64,000 nucleotides of DNA from assembly GCA_016188915.1 (NCBI GenBank), contig JACPGU010000002.1, forward strand, positions 158,346-222,345, in the 5' to 3' direction. This DNA comes from Candidatus Microgenomates bacterium (GTDB taxonomy: Bacteria; Patescibacteriota; JACPGU01). Shown one piece after another: positions 27,423 through 37,405 of this stretch. The notes beneath the pieces were generated by a model, which was given only the letters and a program-made list of their open reading frames with translations, was not told the DNA's origin and did no database searches. The position numbers and the translations under genes were made by a program. The stretch's first letter is position 1. The number at the start of each line of letters is the position of its first letter.

Positions 27423-27671
27423 ATGACAGTAGCTTTTGAGGCTTCCTTTGGAGTATTTGCAATCAGTGCACGAACTTCGCTCCAGACTCCTCGAAAAGCT
27501 CCTATTGTCCAACCGTCCGATCAGTCCAGTCTTCTCGGCCAGCGCGGGTTGCCCAAAGATGTCGCGGGACATCTAGGCAGAGAACATCTTGCGCGAACTA
27601 GAGGAGATATTTTTGCACTGCTTTCGGCGGAGGCCAACTGGCCAGGACATTTTTTTGACCACATCGCATGA
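27423..27671 (+). CDS. Hypothetical small protein (82 aa) in GC-elevated islet between yebC and ruvC
   Basis: The RBS aggggtgagg precedes the ATG. The gene sits between an extended -10 promoter and a terminator. The protein (MTVAFEASFGVFAISARTSL...) has no recognisable motif, so coding status is uncertain. It could instead be a non-coding transcript. Confidence 0.3.
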   Translation: MTVAFEASFGVFAISARTSLQTPRKAPIVQPSDQSSLLGQRGLPKDVAGHLGREHLARTRGDIFALLSAEANWPGHFFDHIA

Positions 27672-27695
27672 GACGCGAAACAGCATAAATCTATG

Positions 27696-27728
27696 AGAGT
27701 CCCGGGGAACCCGGGCTCTTTTGTTTTG
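27696..27728 (+). terminator. Rho-independent terminator between convergent islet genes
   Basis: agagt-cccggg-gaa-cccggg-ctct followed by tttgttttgg. Confidence 0.65.
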
Positions 27729-27780
27729 GCAAAAGAAAAGCCCCCGAGGGGGGCAAAAGGTATGTCTTTTTGAAGAAAAA

Positions 27781-28293
27781 TCAGGCCGATTTTTGCGTCT
27801 GGGATTTCAGCACCCATGGTTGCTGAAACTTTTTTATAGCTTCCCGCATTGATTTGGCGAATTCTTCCAGAAAGCGGGTTTTGTCATCATGAGCATAGAA
27901 ATGATGGTGATCTTTAGCGATGGCTTGAGCGATTTTTTCCAGAGGCAGGATGATCTCTTGCCGGATATAGTCTGAAGATAGATCGTTTTTTCGGCGTAAT
28001 TCTCGAGAAAGATTCATGATGGCCTTTCTTGCCAAAAAGGCCAGTGCCAGATTTTGCGTGAAGTGCCGGGCTCTGATTCTCAAAAAGTAGCCGATTGGGT
28101 TAATTCTTTGAAGCGCAAGCCCGCTTAATTTGGGGGATCTTCCGTCCAAAGAGCATTTCAGAAGATCCGCGAACCATTGGAGATAACAGGCGCCATCTTC
28201 GCCACCATCATTGCGAGTGTTGATCGATTCCAAAGTGTCGAGGGCATCTGTTGTTGTCGGTAGTGGATCAATCTTTTCTTGCAAAGTAACCAT
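27781..28293 (-). CDS. Hypothetical protein (170 aa), GC-elevated islet gene
   Basis: It has its own RBS (gggaggg acgaa ATG) and a -10-like tgatataat upstream. GC is about 50% in a 60-nt sample at 28141-28200, against about 32% in a sample at 55261-55320. No recognisable domain (contains ...DHHHFYAHDDKTRFLEEF...). Confidence 0.5.
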   Translation of the reverse strand: MVTLQEKIDPLPTTTDALDTLESINTRNDGGEDGACYLQWFADLLKCSLDGRSPKLSGLALQRINPIGYFLRIRARHFTQNLALAFLARKAIMNLSRELRRKNDLSSDYIRQEIILPLEKIAQAIAKDHHHFYAHDDKTRFLEEFAKSMREAIKKFQQPWVLKSQTQKSA

Positions 28294-28449
28294 TTCGTCC
28301 CTCCCGATTTTTTGTTAAGACTTCGCTTTGTTTCGCCAATTATATCAGATAGCGTCTTTTGGCGCAAATGGAGTATACTGGTAAGGAGCAGGGTATGATG
28401 TTTTTTATAAAGTGCACATTTTGCAGAAAAAGATATTGGGATAGTAGAA

Positions 28450-28580
28450 AATTTCTAATTGACCTAATTGCTCTAATTGACCTAAAAAATGCTCAATGAA
28501 CAAATGCCAATAAATAATTTTGAGATTTGGGGCTTGAGATTTGGGAATTATTTAGAAATTAGATCAATTAGAAATTAAGC
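28450..28580. repeat. MITE-like dispersed intergenic repeat, copy B (related to 17651-17826), immediately upstream of ruvC
   Basis: aatttctaattgacctaattgctctaattgacc ... gccaataaataattttgagatttgggg ... ttagaaattagatcaattagaaattaagc. The end blocks match copy A. Confidence 0.6.
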
Positions 28581-28638
28581 AGAGTATGCGCCCAAAGAAT
28601 CAATCGAAATCAAATAAAGTATTGCTAGACATAATACG

Positions 28639-29133
28639 ATGAAAATTTTAGGCATTGATCCGGGGACGGCGATTACGGGGTGGGGAGCGATAGAAGCTCA
28701 AAGTTCAAAGCTCAAAGTTCAAAGCTGCGGAGTGATTATAACCCCCGCCAAACAAAACCAGTCGGTAAGATTGGCGCATATTTTTAGTGAACTGAATTTA
28801 ATTATCAAAAAAACAAAGCCCGATGTGGTGGCGGTGGAAAGGCTTTTTTTTATAAATAACGCCAAGACGGCAATGACGGTGGGTGAAGCGCGCGGAGTCA
28901 TCCTTTTGGCTATTGAAAAAGCAAACCTTCCTCTTTACGAGTACACGCCTCTGCAGGTAAAACAGGCTTTGACCGGCTACGGCAAGGCGGAGAAAAAGCA
29001 GATTCAACTGATGGTCAAGCAAATCTTGCGCCTGAAAGAAACGCCGAAACCGGATGATATGGCTGACGCTTTGGCTATCGCGATTTGCCATCATTTTCAG
29101 AACTATTTGGGGAGCATTATCAAAAAGAAATAG
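28639..29133 (+). CDS. ruvC: Crossover junction endodeoxyribonuclease RuvC
   Basis: The sequence MKILGIDPGTAITGWGAIE...VAVERLFF...DALAIAICHH carries the RuvC catalytic Asp/Glu/His pattern. Confidence 0.9.
   Translation: MKILGIDPGTAITGWGAIEAQSSKLKVQSCGVIITPAKQNQSVRLAHIFSELNLIIKKTKPDVVAVERLFFINNAKTAMTVGEARGVILLAIEKANLPLYEYTPLQVKQALTGYGKAEKKQIQLMVKQILRLKETPKPDDMADALAIAICHHFQNYLGSIIKKK
28699..28726 (+). repeat. Heptamer tandem repeat (CAAAGYT)x4 inside ruvC coding sequence
   Basis: caaagtt caaagct caaagtt caaagct encodes AQSSKLKVQSCG. Protein length is not increased relative to E. coli RuvC here. Confidence 0.8.
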
Positions 29134-29201
29134 CCTATTGTATTGATGTGCTTTGTGCTATGATTAGTAAAAATAAAAAATAAAAATAAAAAAGGAGATT
29201 T

Positions 29202-29558
29202 ATGCCCAAAAGAAAACTGTTTGCTTCCAAAAATATCAGTGGCAAAGCCAAACCTCTTACCAATTCTGCCCTGGGGCTACTCCAGGCAGTAGCTGTTTTT
29301 GGAGGCTTTCTGATTTTAGTGGCAACGATTGATCGTGGTGTTAGCTTTTTTCAAAAACTAGATGGAGCTTCCGGCACTTTATTTATGTTCAATCTTCTGA
29401 TTTTGACTTTTATTTGGGAATTTTTAGCATTGTTTGGCTATCCTATTATTTTGCTGGCGGACAAAAAAGTTTTGAAAGCTTTGGAGATTTTAGCCTATAC
29501 CTTCTTCTGGCTCTTAGCCCTGGTTCTAGTTTTGGTGGTAGTCGTTTCTAATGGATAG
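29202..29558 (+). CDS. Hypothetical membrane protein (3 TM) between ruvC and ruvA
   Basis: 118 aa with hydrophobic helices (LLQAVAVFGGFLILVATI; LFMFNLLILTFIWEFLALFGYPIILLA; FFWLLALVLVLVVVV). Confidence 0.45.
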   Translation: MPKRKLFASKNISGKAKPLTNSALGLLQAVAVFGGFLILVATIDRGVSFFQKLDGASGTLFMFNLLILTFIWEFLALFGYPIILLADKKVLKALEILAYTFFWLLALVLVLVVVVSNG

Positions 29559-29663
29559 TCTTGTTTTGGAAAATAGCCTCATCTTTTGTAAAGGGTGAGG
29601 CTATTTTTGTTCTAATAGATTTCTTGTGTTAGAATAAAACAATAGATACTAATTTATCCTAAA

Positions 29664-30245
29664 ATGATTGCTTCTATCCGTGGCTTTGTCAAAACCAAAC
29701 AAGACAATTGGGTATTGGTGGAAACAGGTGGCGTGGGCTACAAAATTTTTGCGCCGGAATCCGTTATTGGCTCATTACATACCGGAGGGGAGACATTTTT
29801 ACATACTTACCATCATATTACCGAAGGAGCGCAGGCTCTGTATGGCTTTATCTCCCAAGAAGAAGAATCTTTTTTTGAGCTTTTACTTTCTATCTCGGGC
29901 GTGGGGCCAAAAGTCGGCCTGTCAGTGATGAATGCGGCATCCGTTGCCGAAATCAAAGTGGCGGTGATAGAAGACAATGCGGAAGTGTTGACCAAAATAT
30001 CCGGCGTGGGAGAAAAAACAGCCAAAAGAATTGTTCTAGAATTAAAAAACAAAATAAAAATAGGCGATGTTCGACCGATCGGAACAAAATCTTTGGATAT
30101 TGGTTCGTCGGTAGATGTTTACGAAGCATTACTGCGGCTGGGATATAATTCTATTGAAGCGCGAGCCGCTATCAAAATGGTGTCAAATGATATTACCGAT
30201 TCAGAAAAAAAACTTCGCGCCGCTTTGAAAAATTTAGGCAAATAA
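29664..30245 (+). CDS. ruvA: Holliday junction branch migration protein RuvA
   Basis: The N-terminus MIASIRGFV...GVGYKIF, the HhH motifs ELLLSISGVGPKVGLSVMN and ISGVGEKTAKRIVLELK, and the C-terminal domain III are all present. Confidence 0.9.
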   Translation: MIASIRGFVKTKQDNWVLVETGGVGYKIFAPESVIGSLHTGGETFLHTYHHITEGAQALYGFISQEEESFFELLLSISGVGPKVGLSVMNAASVAEIKVAVIEDNAEVLTKISGVGEKTAKRIVLELKNKIKIGDVRPIGTKSLDIGSSVDVYEALLRLGYNSIEARAAIKMVSNDITDSEKKLRAALKNLGK

Positions 30246-30255
30246 CGCAACGAAT

Positions 30256-30747
30256 ATGGCAGATTTTTCTTTTGATATAGTTTCACAATTTGATCGCCAA
30301 GAGCTTGTCAACGCTATCGATCAGGTGAAGCGTGAGCTTTCTTTTCGCTATGACTTCAAAGCTTCTCCTTATGATTTTATTTTGGAAAAAGAATCTTTGA
30401 CTGTCTCGGCCGAAGACGATTATAAACTGAAAGCTATTCAAGAAATTTTGCGAGTGAAATTGGTTAGTCGAAAGCTTGATCAGAGAATATTGAATTTTAC
30501 GACAGAAAGCGAGAAAGCGGCCGGCAATACTGTCAGACAGAAAATGCCGATAGCGATGGGCTTAAAGCAAGAAAAAGCCAAAGAAATCTCCAAATTTATC
30601 AATACTAGCTTCAAAAAAGCAAAGGTTTCTATTCAAGGAGAAGATGTACGTGTCTCTTCTACCTCCAAGGACACTCTGCAGGAAATAATTACTTTTTTGA
30701 AAGAACACGATTTTGGTATTCCTTTGCAATTTACTAATTATCGTTAA
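30256..30747 (+). CDS. yajQ: YajQ family (UPF0234) nucleotide / cyclic-di-GMP-binding protein
   Basis: 163 aa. It aligns along its full length with E. coli YajQ (MADFSFDIVSQFDRQELVNAIDQVKRELSFRYDFKAS... versus [35 protein letters not shown]...). Confidence 0.9.
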   Translation: MADFSFDIVSQFDRQELVNAIDQVKRELSFRYDFKASPYDFILEKESLTVSAEDDYKLKAIQEILRVKLVSRKLDQRILNFTTESEKAAGNTVRQKMPIAMGLKQEKAKEISKFINTSFKKAKVSIQGEDVRVSSTSKDTLQEIITFLKEHDFGIPLQFTNYR

Positions 30748-30761
30748 AGAAAGGAGAAAAA

Positions 30762-31175
30762 ATGGCAATAGAAAGTGTAAATCTAGCTGATCAGGCCTTT
30801 AGCACATCCGATGTGGCGAGTCTTGCCGTGGCAGGAGGAATGATGTTTTTCGTTTTTATTTTAGCGATAGTTACCTATATTGCTTTGGCGATATCTCTTT
30901 TGAGAATTGCCAAAAAGACCGGTACGGCTAATGCTTGGTTCGCTTGGGTGCCAATTTTGAATATTATTTTGACTTTGAATATAGCGCGCTTTTCTGGCTG
31001 GTGGTTGCTTTTGTTTTTAATTCCTATTGTAGGGTGGTTCGCCTTTCCCTTTTTTATGATCTATGTTTGGATGAAGATAGCGGCTGCTTGCGGTAAGCCA
31101 GACTTTTTGGGTATTTTTATCATTATTCCGATAGGACAGATAGTTTTGCCTCTGTATCTGGCATTTTCAGAGTAG
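30762..31175 (+). CDS. Small membrane protein, DUF805-like
   Basis: 137 aa with four TM segments. The motif IARFSGWWLLLFLIPIVGW resembles the DUF805 R.SGWW signature. Confidence 0.45.
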   Translation: MAIESVNLADQAFSTSDVASLAVAGGMMFFVFILAIVTYIALAISLLRIAKKTGTANAWFAWVPILNIILTLNIARFSGWWLLLFLIPIVGWFAFPFFMIYVWMKIAAACGKPDFLGIFIIIPIGQIVLPLYLAFSE

Positions 31176-31305
31176 ATGGCCAAGAAAGTAGAAAACTAAA
31201 AAATTAATGAAACAAAGAACAAAGAAGCCGGGGGGGTAATTTCCCGGTTTTTTTGTTGGGAGAATGTGCTAAACTGGAAGAAAGAATACAATTAGCAAAG
31301 GAGGG

Positions 31306-32340
31306 ATGATGGAGGCGACAATGAAAAAAGGCGATGCCGAAGAGAAAAAAGAAGATAACAAAGAAATATCCGCCAAGCAAAAGGCGGTGAGACTCGCTCT
31401 CGATCAGATAGAAAAGCAATTTGGTACGGGGTCTATTATGAAAATGGGAGATACGACCAGAGCTGACGTGGGAGTCATCCCGACCGGTTCACTTTCGCTG
31501 GATTTGGCTCTCGGTATCGGCGGAGTGCCGAAAGGCAGGATTATTGAAATCTTCGGTCCCGAATCATCAGGCAAGACCACCCTGACTCTTCACATCGTCG
31601 CCGAAGCGCAGAAAGCGGGAGGGCTGGCGGCTTTTATTGATGCGGAGCATGCGCTGGATCCCGAATACGCGAAAAAAATCGGCGTCAATATTGACGATCT
31701 TCTCGTCTCCCAGCCGGATACGGGCGAGCAGGCGCTGGAAATCGCCGAGACGCTCATTCGCTCCAACGCGGTAGACATTATCGTGGTGGACTCGGTGGCG
31801 GCGCTCGTCCCTCGCGCCGAAATAGAAGGTGAAATGGGCGAGTCACACATGGGCTTGCAGGCTCGCCTAATGTCTCAAGCGCTTCGCAAAATCACCGGCG
31901 CAGTGGCGCGCTCCAACACCACCGTTATTTTCATCAACCAAATCAGAATGAAAATAGGCGTCATGTTCGGCAATCCAGAGACCACCACCGGTGGCAATGC
32001 TCTGAAGTTTTATTCCTCGGTGCGTCTGGATATTCGGCGTAAAGACCAGATCAAAGACGGCGATAATATCATCGGCAATCACGTGGTAGTCAAGGTGGTA
32101 AAAAATAAAGTCGCTCCGCCTTTTCGAGTCGCGGAATTTGACATTATGTACGCGGAGGGGATTAGTCGTGAAGGCGAGATTATTGATCTCGGCGTCAAAG
32201 TCGGCATCATCAACAAATCAGGTTCGTGGTTTGACTACGGCGAGATAAAACTCGGTCAAGGCGCCGAATCAGTCAAAGCCTACCTCAAAGAAAATCCGAA
32301 ATTAGCCCGTGAGATTGAGAAAAAGATTTTGGGGAAATAG
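31306..32340 (+). CDS. recA: Recombinase RecA
   Basis: [18 protein letters not shown]...[36 protein letters not shown] (Walker A) ...[38 protein letters not shown]. Confidence 0.97.
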   Translation: MMEATMKKGDAEEKKEDNKEISAKQKAVRLALDQIEKQFGTGSIMKMGDTTRADVGVIPTGSLSLDLALGIGGVPKGRIIEIFGPESSGKTTLTLHIVAEAQKAGGLAAFIDAEHALDPEYAKKIGVNIDDLLVSQPDTGEQALEIAETLIRSNAVDIIVVDSVAALVPRAEIEGEMGESHMGLQARLMSQALRKITGAVARSNTTVIFINQIRMKIGVMFGNPETTTGGNALKFYSSVRLDIRRKDQIKDGDNIIGNHVVVKVVKNKVAPPFRVAEFDIMYAEGISREGEIIDLGVKVGIINKSGSWFDYGEIKLGQGAESVKAYLKENPKLAREIEKKILGK

Positions 32341-32411
32341 GGTAAGCAGGGAGTGATATGTAGTGAGCAGAAAACACTAAGAGGGTATAGAAAAACAATA
32401 AATTTAAAAAA

Positions 32412-32908
32412 ATGCCAATACTGCCGAAAATACTCATTGCTTTTGCGGGGGTACCGGGAACATCAAAGTCGCCCATTGCCCATTATTTAAGTATAAAATT
32501 AGGGATTCCCGTGTTTAGCAATGACGTAATTAGAACGGAGGTCAAAGAAGATTTGGGTAATTTTGATTTTGAAGAATATTGCGAAAGAAGAGATAAGCGA
32601 ATCCATGAGGCGGTCGAACGAGGATTATCTATTATCTACGATGCAAGTGCAGACAGAGAATGGGTTGATCGTAAGGCTGTAGCAGAAAAGTTTGGCTATC
32701 GATATTTTATCATTAGTATTGACCTCAGTCGCAATTTTATATTGAAGCTGTATGAAGCAAAGGGTTATGCCGACTTGATCCCTGAAATAGAAAAATGCTT
32801 CGATGATCACGAAAAATTTTTAGCACAGTTTAGCGCTGATGTCGGCATTCATATCGCTGACAAAGATTTTCCAAATCGTCTAGAAATAGCTCTCAAGGCA
32901 GTGACGAA

Positions 32909-32930
<22 letters not shown>
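32412..32930 (+). CDS. P-loop NTPase (AAA_33 / small kinase-like)
   Basis: 172 aa. The Walker A motif is FAGVPGTSKSPIA near the N-terminus. Family assignment beyond P-loop kinase-like is not possible by eye. Confidence 0.5.
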
Positions 32931-33692
<762 letters not shown>

Positions 33693-33966
33693 TGACAGCG
33701 ACGGCGATCCTCTGAATGTCGGTGGCGGCGCTGGCGTCCTCGTCCGCGGCGGTTGGAATCGCAGGGATGCCAGTGACGGTGTCGGCGCGTCCCTCAAGGG
33801 AGTCCCCTTGGAGCTCCTGCGGTCAGCCACCTGACATTTCATTTTTTCAGATGTGTCAAAAGAGCAAACTATTCATACGGTTTGCTCTTTTTCGTAGAAA
33901 TAGAGAACTTTTCTAAACTGATGATTTTGTGCTATGATGGAAAGGCGTGTGAAATAGAAACAAAAA

Positions 33967-34356
33967 ATGAAAAAGGATTTTCAAAAATGGCACAAAACAA
34001 AAAGCGGTATCAATGATACGAAAGGGCATCGTTTTTATCACGAACGAGAGGTTTGGTGGTGTTCTGTTGGTCTTAATGTTGGTTACGAGATGGATGGAAA
34101 AGGTAAGGATTTTGTCAGGCCGATACTTGTCATCAAAGGGTTTAGTAAAGAAGTTTTTCTTTGTATTCCGCTAACGACCAAATTAAAACAAGGGAAATAT
34201 TATTGCGACATTGATCTTGGCGACGGGCAAACGAGAAGGGTTATTTTGTCACAAATTCGTTTGATTGATGCTAAAAGATTACAAGAAAAGATAACGATGA
34301 TTGACATCAAGCAATTTGAAAAAATAAAAAAAGCGGTTATTGCCATACTGGCATAA
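33967..34356 (+). CDS. PemK/MazF-like toxin family protein (no cognate antitoxin ORF seen)
   Basis: 129 aa. REVWWCSVGLNVGYEMDGKGKDFVRPILVIKGFSKEVFLCIPLTTK fits the MazF/PemK fold pattern (RP.lVi......v.v.P.Tt). It is preceded by the terminator hairpin gagcaaac/gtttgctc and an extended -10 (TGcTATGAT). Confidence 0.5.
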   Translation: MKKDFQKWHKTKSGINDTKGHRFYHEREVWWCSVGLNVGYEMDGKGKDFVRPILVIKGFSKEVFLCIPLTTKLKQGKYYCDIDLGDGQTRRVILSQIRLIDAKRLQEKITMIDIKQFEKIKKAVIAILA

Positions 34357-34471
34357 CCACCTTCTTTTGTCCTCCCCCTTGCGGGGGCGAGGCCGAAGCC
34401 ATTTATGAAAACATAATAGCGTACTATCGTCAGAAAGTCAATGATTTTATTTTATATGTAATGTTTAATGT

Positions 34472-36685
34472 ATGGAACTCTCCAAAACCTACAATCCGCA
34501 GGAGGTGGAAAAAAAGATCTACCCACTTTGGGAAAAGTCGGGGTATTTTGGTCCGAATGAGAAAGCAGATGGCGAACCTTTCGTCATCGCTATCCCCCCA
34601 CCCAATGTGACGGGCGAGCTACATATGGGGCATGCTTTGAATAATACTTTGCAAGATGTTTTGGTCCGACAAAAAAGAATGGAGGGGCGGCCGACGCTAT
34701 GGATCCCCGGTACTGATCACGCGGGGATTGCCACGCAATATAAAGTGGAACAAAAATTGCAAAAAGAAGGGGTGAGTCGCTTTGATTTGGGCAGGGAAAA
34801 ATTCGTCGAAAAGGTTTGGGAATGGAAGGATCAATACGAGGCGACTATCTTGGGCCAGCTGAAAAAATTGGGCGTTTCCTGCGACTGGTCGCGCACTCGC
34901 TTCACGATGGACGAGGGATATTCCAAGGCAGTTCTTACCGCCTTCAAACACTATTGGGACAAAGGATATATCTATCGAGGTGAGCGCGTGGTCAATTGGT
35001 GCCCGAGATGTCACACTTCACTTTCCGATCTGGAGATAGAGCACGAAGAAGAAAAAACCAAACTTTACTGGATTAAATACGGTCCTTTCGTTCTCGCCAC
35101 CACCCGTCCGGAAACGAAACTCGGTGATACGGCCGTGGCCGTCCATCCATCGGATGAGAGATATCGCGATATGGTGGGTAAAAAATATATGATCCCTGGT
35201 GTTTTGGGTGAATTTGAAATCACCGTTGTCGCCGATGAGGCGGTGGATCCGGCTTTCGGCTCGGGCGCGATCAAGGTGACGCCCGCGCATGACGCTACCG
35301 ATTACGATATTTCCGTTCGTCATCATCTGCCGATGAAGCAAATCATCGATACCGATGGCAAAATGATGGAAAATTGTGGCAAATACGTGGGGATGACAAC
35401 TCTAGAGGCGCGCTCGGCTATTGTCGCCGATATGGCAGAAATGGAGTTAATAGACCATATTGACGAGGGCTATATTCATAACAGCTCACAATGCTACCGC
35501 TGTCATTCAGTGATTGAGCCGATCCCATCCCTTCAGTGGTTTCTCAAAATGACGGAACTTGTTAAGCCGGCGATTGAGGCGGTGAAATCTGGCGATATCA
35601 AAATCATCCCTGAACAATACGCAGGCACGGCGCTTCATTGGATGGAAAATATCAGGGACTGGTGTATCTCAAGACAGATTTGGTGGGGACACCGGCTCCC
35701 TGTTTGGTACAAACAGGGAGAAATCTCAAATCTCAAATCTCAAATCTCAAAATTAGAAAACCAACCTTCGGTTGACGACTATGTAGTTTCACTCGAATCA
35801 CCGGGAGAGGGATATGCGCAGAGCGAAGATGTCCTGGACACTTGGTTTTCATCGGCGCTGTGGCCTTTTGCCACATTAGGTTGGCCGGAGAGTCAAGAAA
35901 ATAAGAAATTAAAAAAACAAGAAAATAAAGCGACAGATTTGGAAAGGTTTTATCCGAACTCCATCAATATCACCGATCGGGGGATTATCAATCTTTGGGA
36001 GGTCAGGATGATATTTTCCGGTTTAGAATTCATGGGCAAAGCGCCGTTTCACACCGTCTATATCAATCCGACCGTATTTAACCGCGAGGGCAAAAGAATG
36101 AGCAAATCTCTCGGTACCGGGATTGATCCGCTGGATCTGATCGCTAAATACGGCGCGGATGCTACTCGTTTCGGACTTTGCTATCAGACGACCGGCACAC
36201 CGGACATTAAATTTTCCGAAGACGTTTTGCAAATGGCCAAGACCTTTATGAACAAGATCTGGAACGCCACACGATTTGTCTTGATGAAACTAGACGGGTA
36301 CGAGCAACGAGGCGAACTGAAATTTACGGTCAATACAGATGCTGACCGTGAAATTCAGGAGAAATTTAGTAGTTTAAAGAAATTCTACAACGACAATCTG
36401 GAAAAATATCGCTTTGGCCAAGCGGCGGAAGAAATATACCATTTCTTCTGGCACCAGTTTTGTGATGTGTATATTGAAAAAACAAAAGAGCAAATCCCTT
36501 TTCCTCTTCCTGAAAATCACGATGAAAAATTAGTCAAAGACACAAAGGACAATCTTTTGTATGTTCTAAAAAATTGTCTGATTTTACTCCACCCTATAAT
36601 TCCTTTTGTTACCGAAGAAATCTACCAGACCTTGCCCATTGATGGCAAAAAAGAATTCTTGATAGTAGAGAAGTGGACAGCGTAA
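34472..36685 (+). CDS. valS: Valine--tRNA ligase (compact form lacking C-terminal coiled coil)
   Basis: The HIGH region is PPPNVTGELHMGHALNNTLQDVLVRQKRM. The KMSKS region is KRMSKSLGTGIDP. WWGHRLPVWY and EDVLDTWFSSALWPF are ValS-specific blocks. Confidence 0.9.
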   Translation: MELSKTYNPQEVEKKIYPLWEKSGYFGPNEKADGEPFVIAIPPPNVTGELHMGHALNNTLQDVLVRQKRMEGRPTLWIPGTDHAGIATQYKVEQKLQKEGVSRFDLGREKFVEKVWEWKDQYEATILGQLKKLGVSCDWSRTRFTMDEGYSKAVLTAFKHYWDKGYIYRGERVVNWCPRCHTSLSDLEIEHEEEKTKLYWIKYGPFVLATTRPETKLGDTAVAVHPSDERYRDMVGKKYMIPGVLGEFEITVVADEAVDPAFGSGAIKVTPAHDATDYDISVRHHLPMKQIIDTDGKMMENCGKYVGMTTLEARSAIVADMAEMELIDHIDEGYIHNSSQCYRCHSVIEPIPSLQWFLKMTELVKPAIEAVKSGDIKIIPEQYAGTALHWMENIRDWCISRQIWWGHRLPVWYKQGEISNLKSQISKLENQPSVDDYVVSLESPGEGYAQSEDVLDTWFSSALWPFATLGWPESQENKKLKKQENKATDLERFYPNSINITDRGIINLWEVRMIFSGLEFMGKAPFHTVYINPTVFNREGKRMSKSLGTGIDPLDLIAKYGADATRFGLCYQTTGTPDIKFSEDVLQMAKTFMNKIWNATRFVLMKLDGYEQRGELKFTVNTDADREIQEKFSSLKKFYNDNLEKYRFGQAAEEIYHFFWHQFCDVYIEKTKEQIPFPLPENHDEKLVKDTKDNLLYVLKNCLILLHPIIPFVTEEIYQTLPIDGKKEFLIVEKWTA
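35721..35751 (+). repeat. Heptamer tandem repeat (AAATCTC)x4 inside valS coding sequence
   Basis: gag aaatctc aaatctc aaatctc aaatctc aaa encodes EISNLKSQISKLE. The local segment is about 8 aa longer than the E. coli ValS equivalent. Confidence 0.85.
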
Positions 36686-36752
36686 ATATCCATCAAAAAA
36701 GAACGCCTTGGGCGCTCTTTTTTGATGGATATTATGAACTTTATTTTACAAA

Positions 36753-36826
36753 TGCCAGGGGAGAGGATCGAACTCTCGACCTTAGGCTTATGAGTCATAC
36801 GCTCTAACCAACTGAGCTACCCTGGC
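36753..36826 (-). tRNA. tRNA with CAU anticodon (elongator tRNA-Met candidate); anticodon stem poorly paired
   Basis: The reverse complement GCCAGGG-TA-GCTC-AGTTGGTTA-GAGC-G-TATGA-CTCATAA-GCCTA-AGGTC-GAGAG-TTCGATC-CTCTC-CCCTGGC-A gives a perfect acceptor, D and T arms. The 27-31/39-43 stem has only 3 of 5 pairs. Confidence 0.55.
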
Positions 36827-36879
36827 CCCTGTCGCTTTATCGTTCTCTTGAGCGACAAAGCTTAATTTTGTTTTTCAAA

Positions 36880-36953
<74 letters not shown>

Positions 36954-36982
36954 ATATGGATATTCATGGGCTATAAATGGAA

Positions 36983-37387
36983 TTATTTTTTGAAAAAATA
37001 ATCCCACCAGCGGATTATATTGGATTTACCATCTTCTCTTTCCTGATATCTTTTTTGTTCTTTTGCTAACCTTTCTTTTTCTGGGTCTTTGCGTGTTAAG
37101 GCGTAGACCCTCTCCCCTTCTTTCTGATAGCCTAATTTTTCTCGCAAAACTTTTTCCGCATAGGTGTCCGTGCTATAATACAATATTCTGTTTTTTTGTT
37201 CAAGGTTATTTTCTTGTAAGTAGGCTATTTCTTGTCTTAAATTTTCTATTTGATCATTGATTTTGTAATTTTTGTAAACAATGCCTATTAGTGAATAAAG
37301 TACAAAAATCATCATTGTCGCCAAAGCCATAGCGACTTTGTTCATTCTATTTTGTTTTTCTATGAAATGCAGAATATCGCTTAACAT
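36983..37387 (-). CDS. Septum formation initiator family protein (FtsB/DivIC-like)
   Basis: A TM anchor (MNKVAMALATMMIFVLYSLIGIVY) is followed by a coiled coil (NDQIENLRQEIAYLQENNLEQKNRILYY...YAEKVLREKLGYQKEGERVY). The track ORF start at 37435 overlaps tRNA-Ile, so an internal Met is preferred. Confidence 0.5.
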   Translation of the reverse strand: MLSDILHFIEKQNRMNKVAMALATMMIFVLYSLIGIVYKNYKINDQIENLRQEIAYLQENNLEQKNRILYYSTDTYAEKVLREKLGYQKEGERVYALTRKDPEKERLAKEQKRYQEREDGKSNIIRWWDYFFKK

Positions 37388-37405
37388 TATTTTGTTTTTG
37401 ATAAA

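Noticed and set aside
27350-27730. Possibility that the promoter-to-terminator unit is RNase P RNA, tmRNA, SRP RNA or 6S RNA
   Set aside because: I checked for the conserved RNase P blocks (GGAAAGUCCGG, AGGGUGAAA), the tmRNA ends (GGGG...UUCGA...CCACCA with a tag ORF) and the SRP domain IV motif. None is present. This leaves a small protein or an unclassified RNA.
27521-27817. 98-aa minus-strand ORF overlapping the 27423-27671 ORF and the terminator
   Set aside because: It crosses the shared terminator hairpin and is antisense to the better-supported RBS-bearing plus-strand ORF. Its translation looks non-protein-like.
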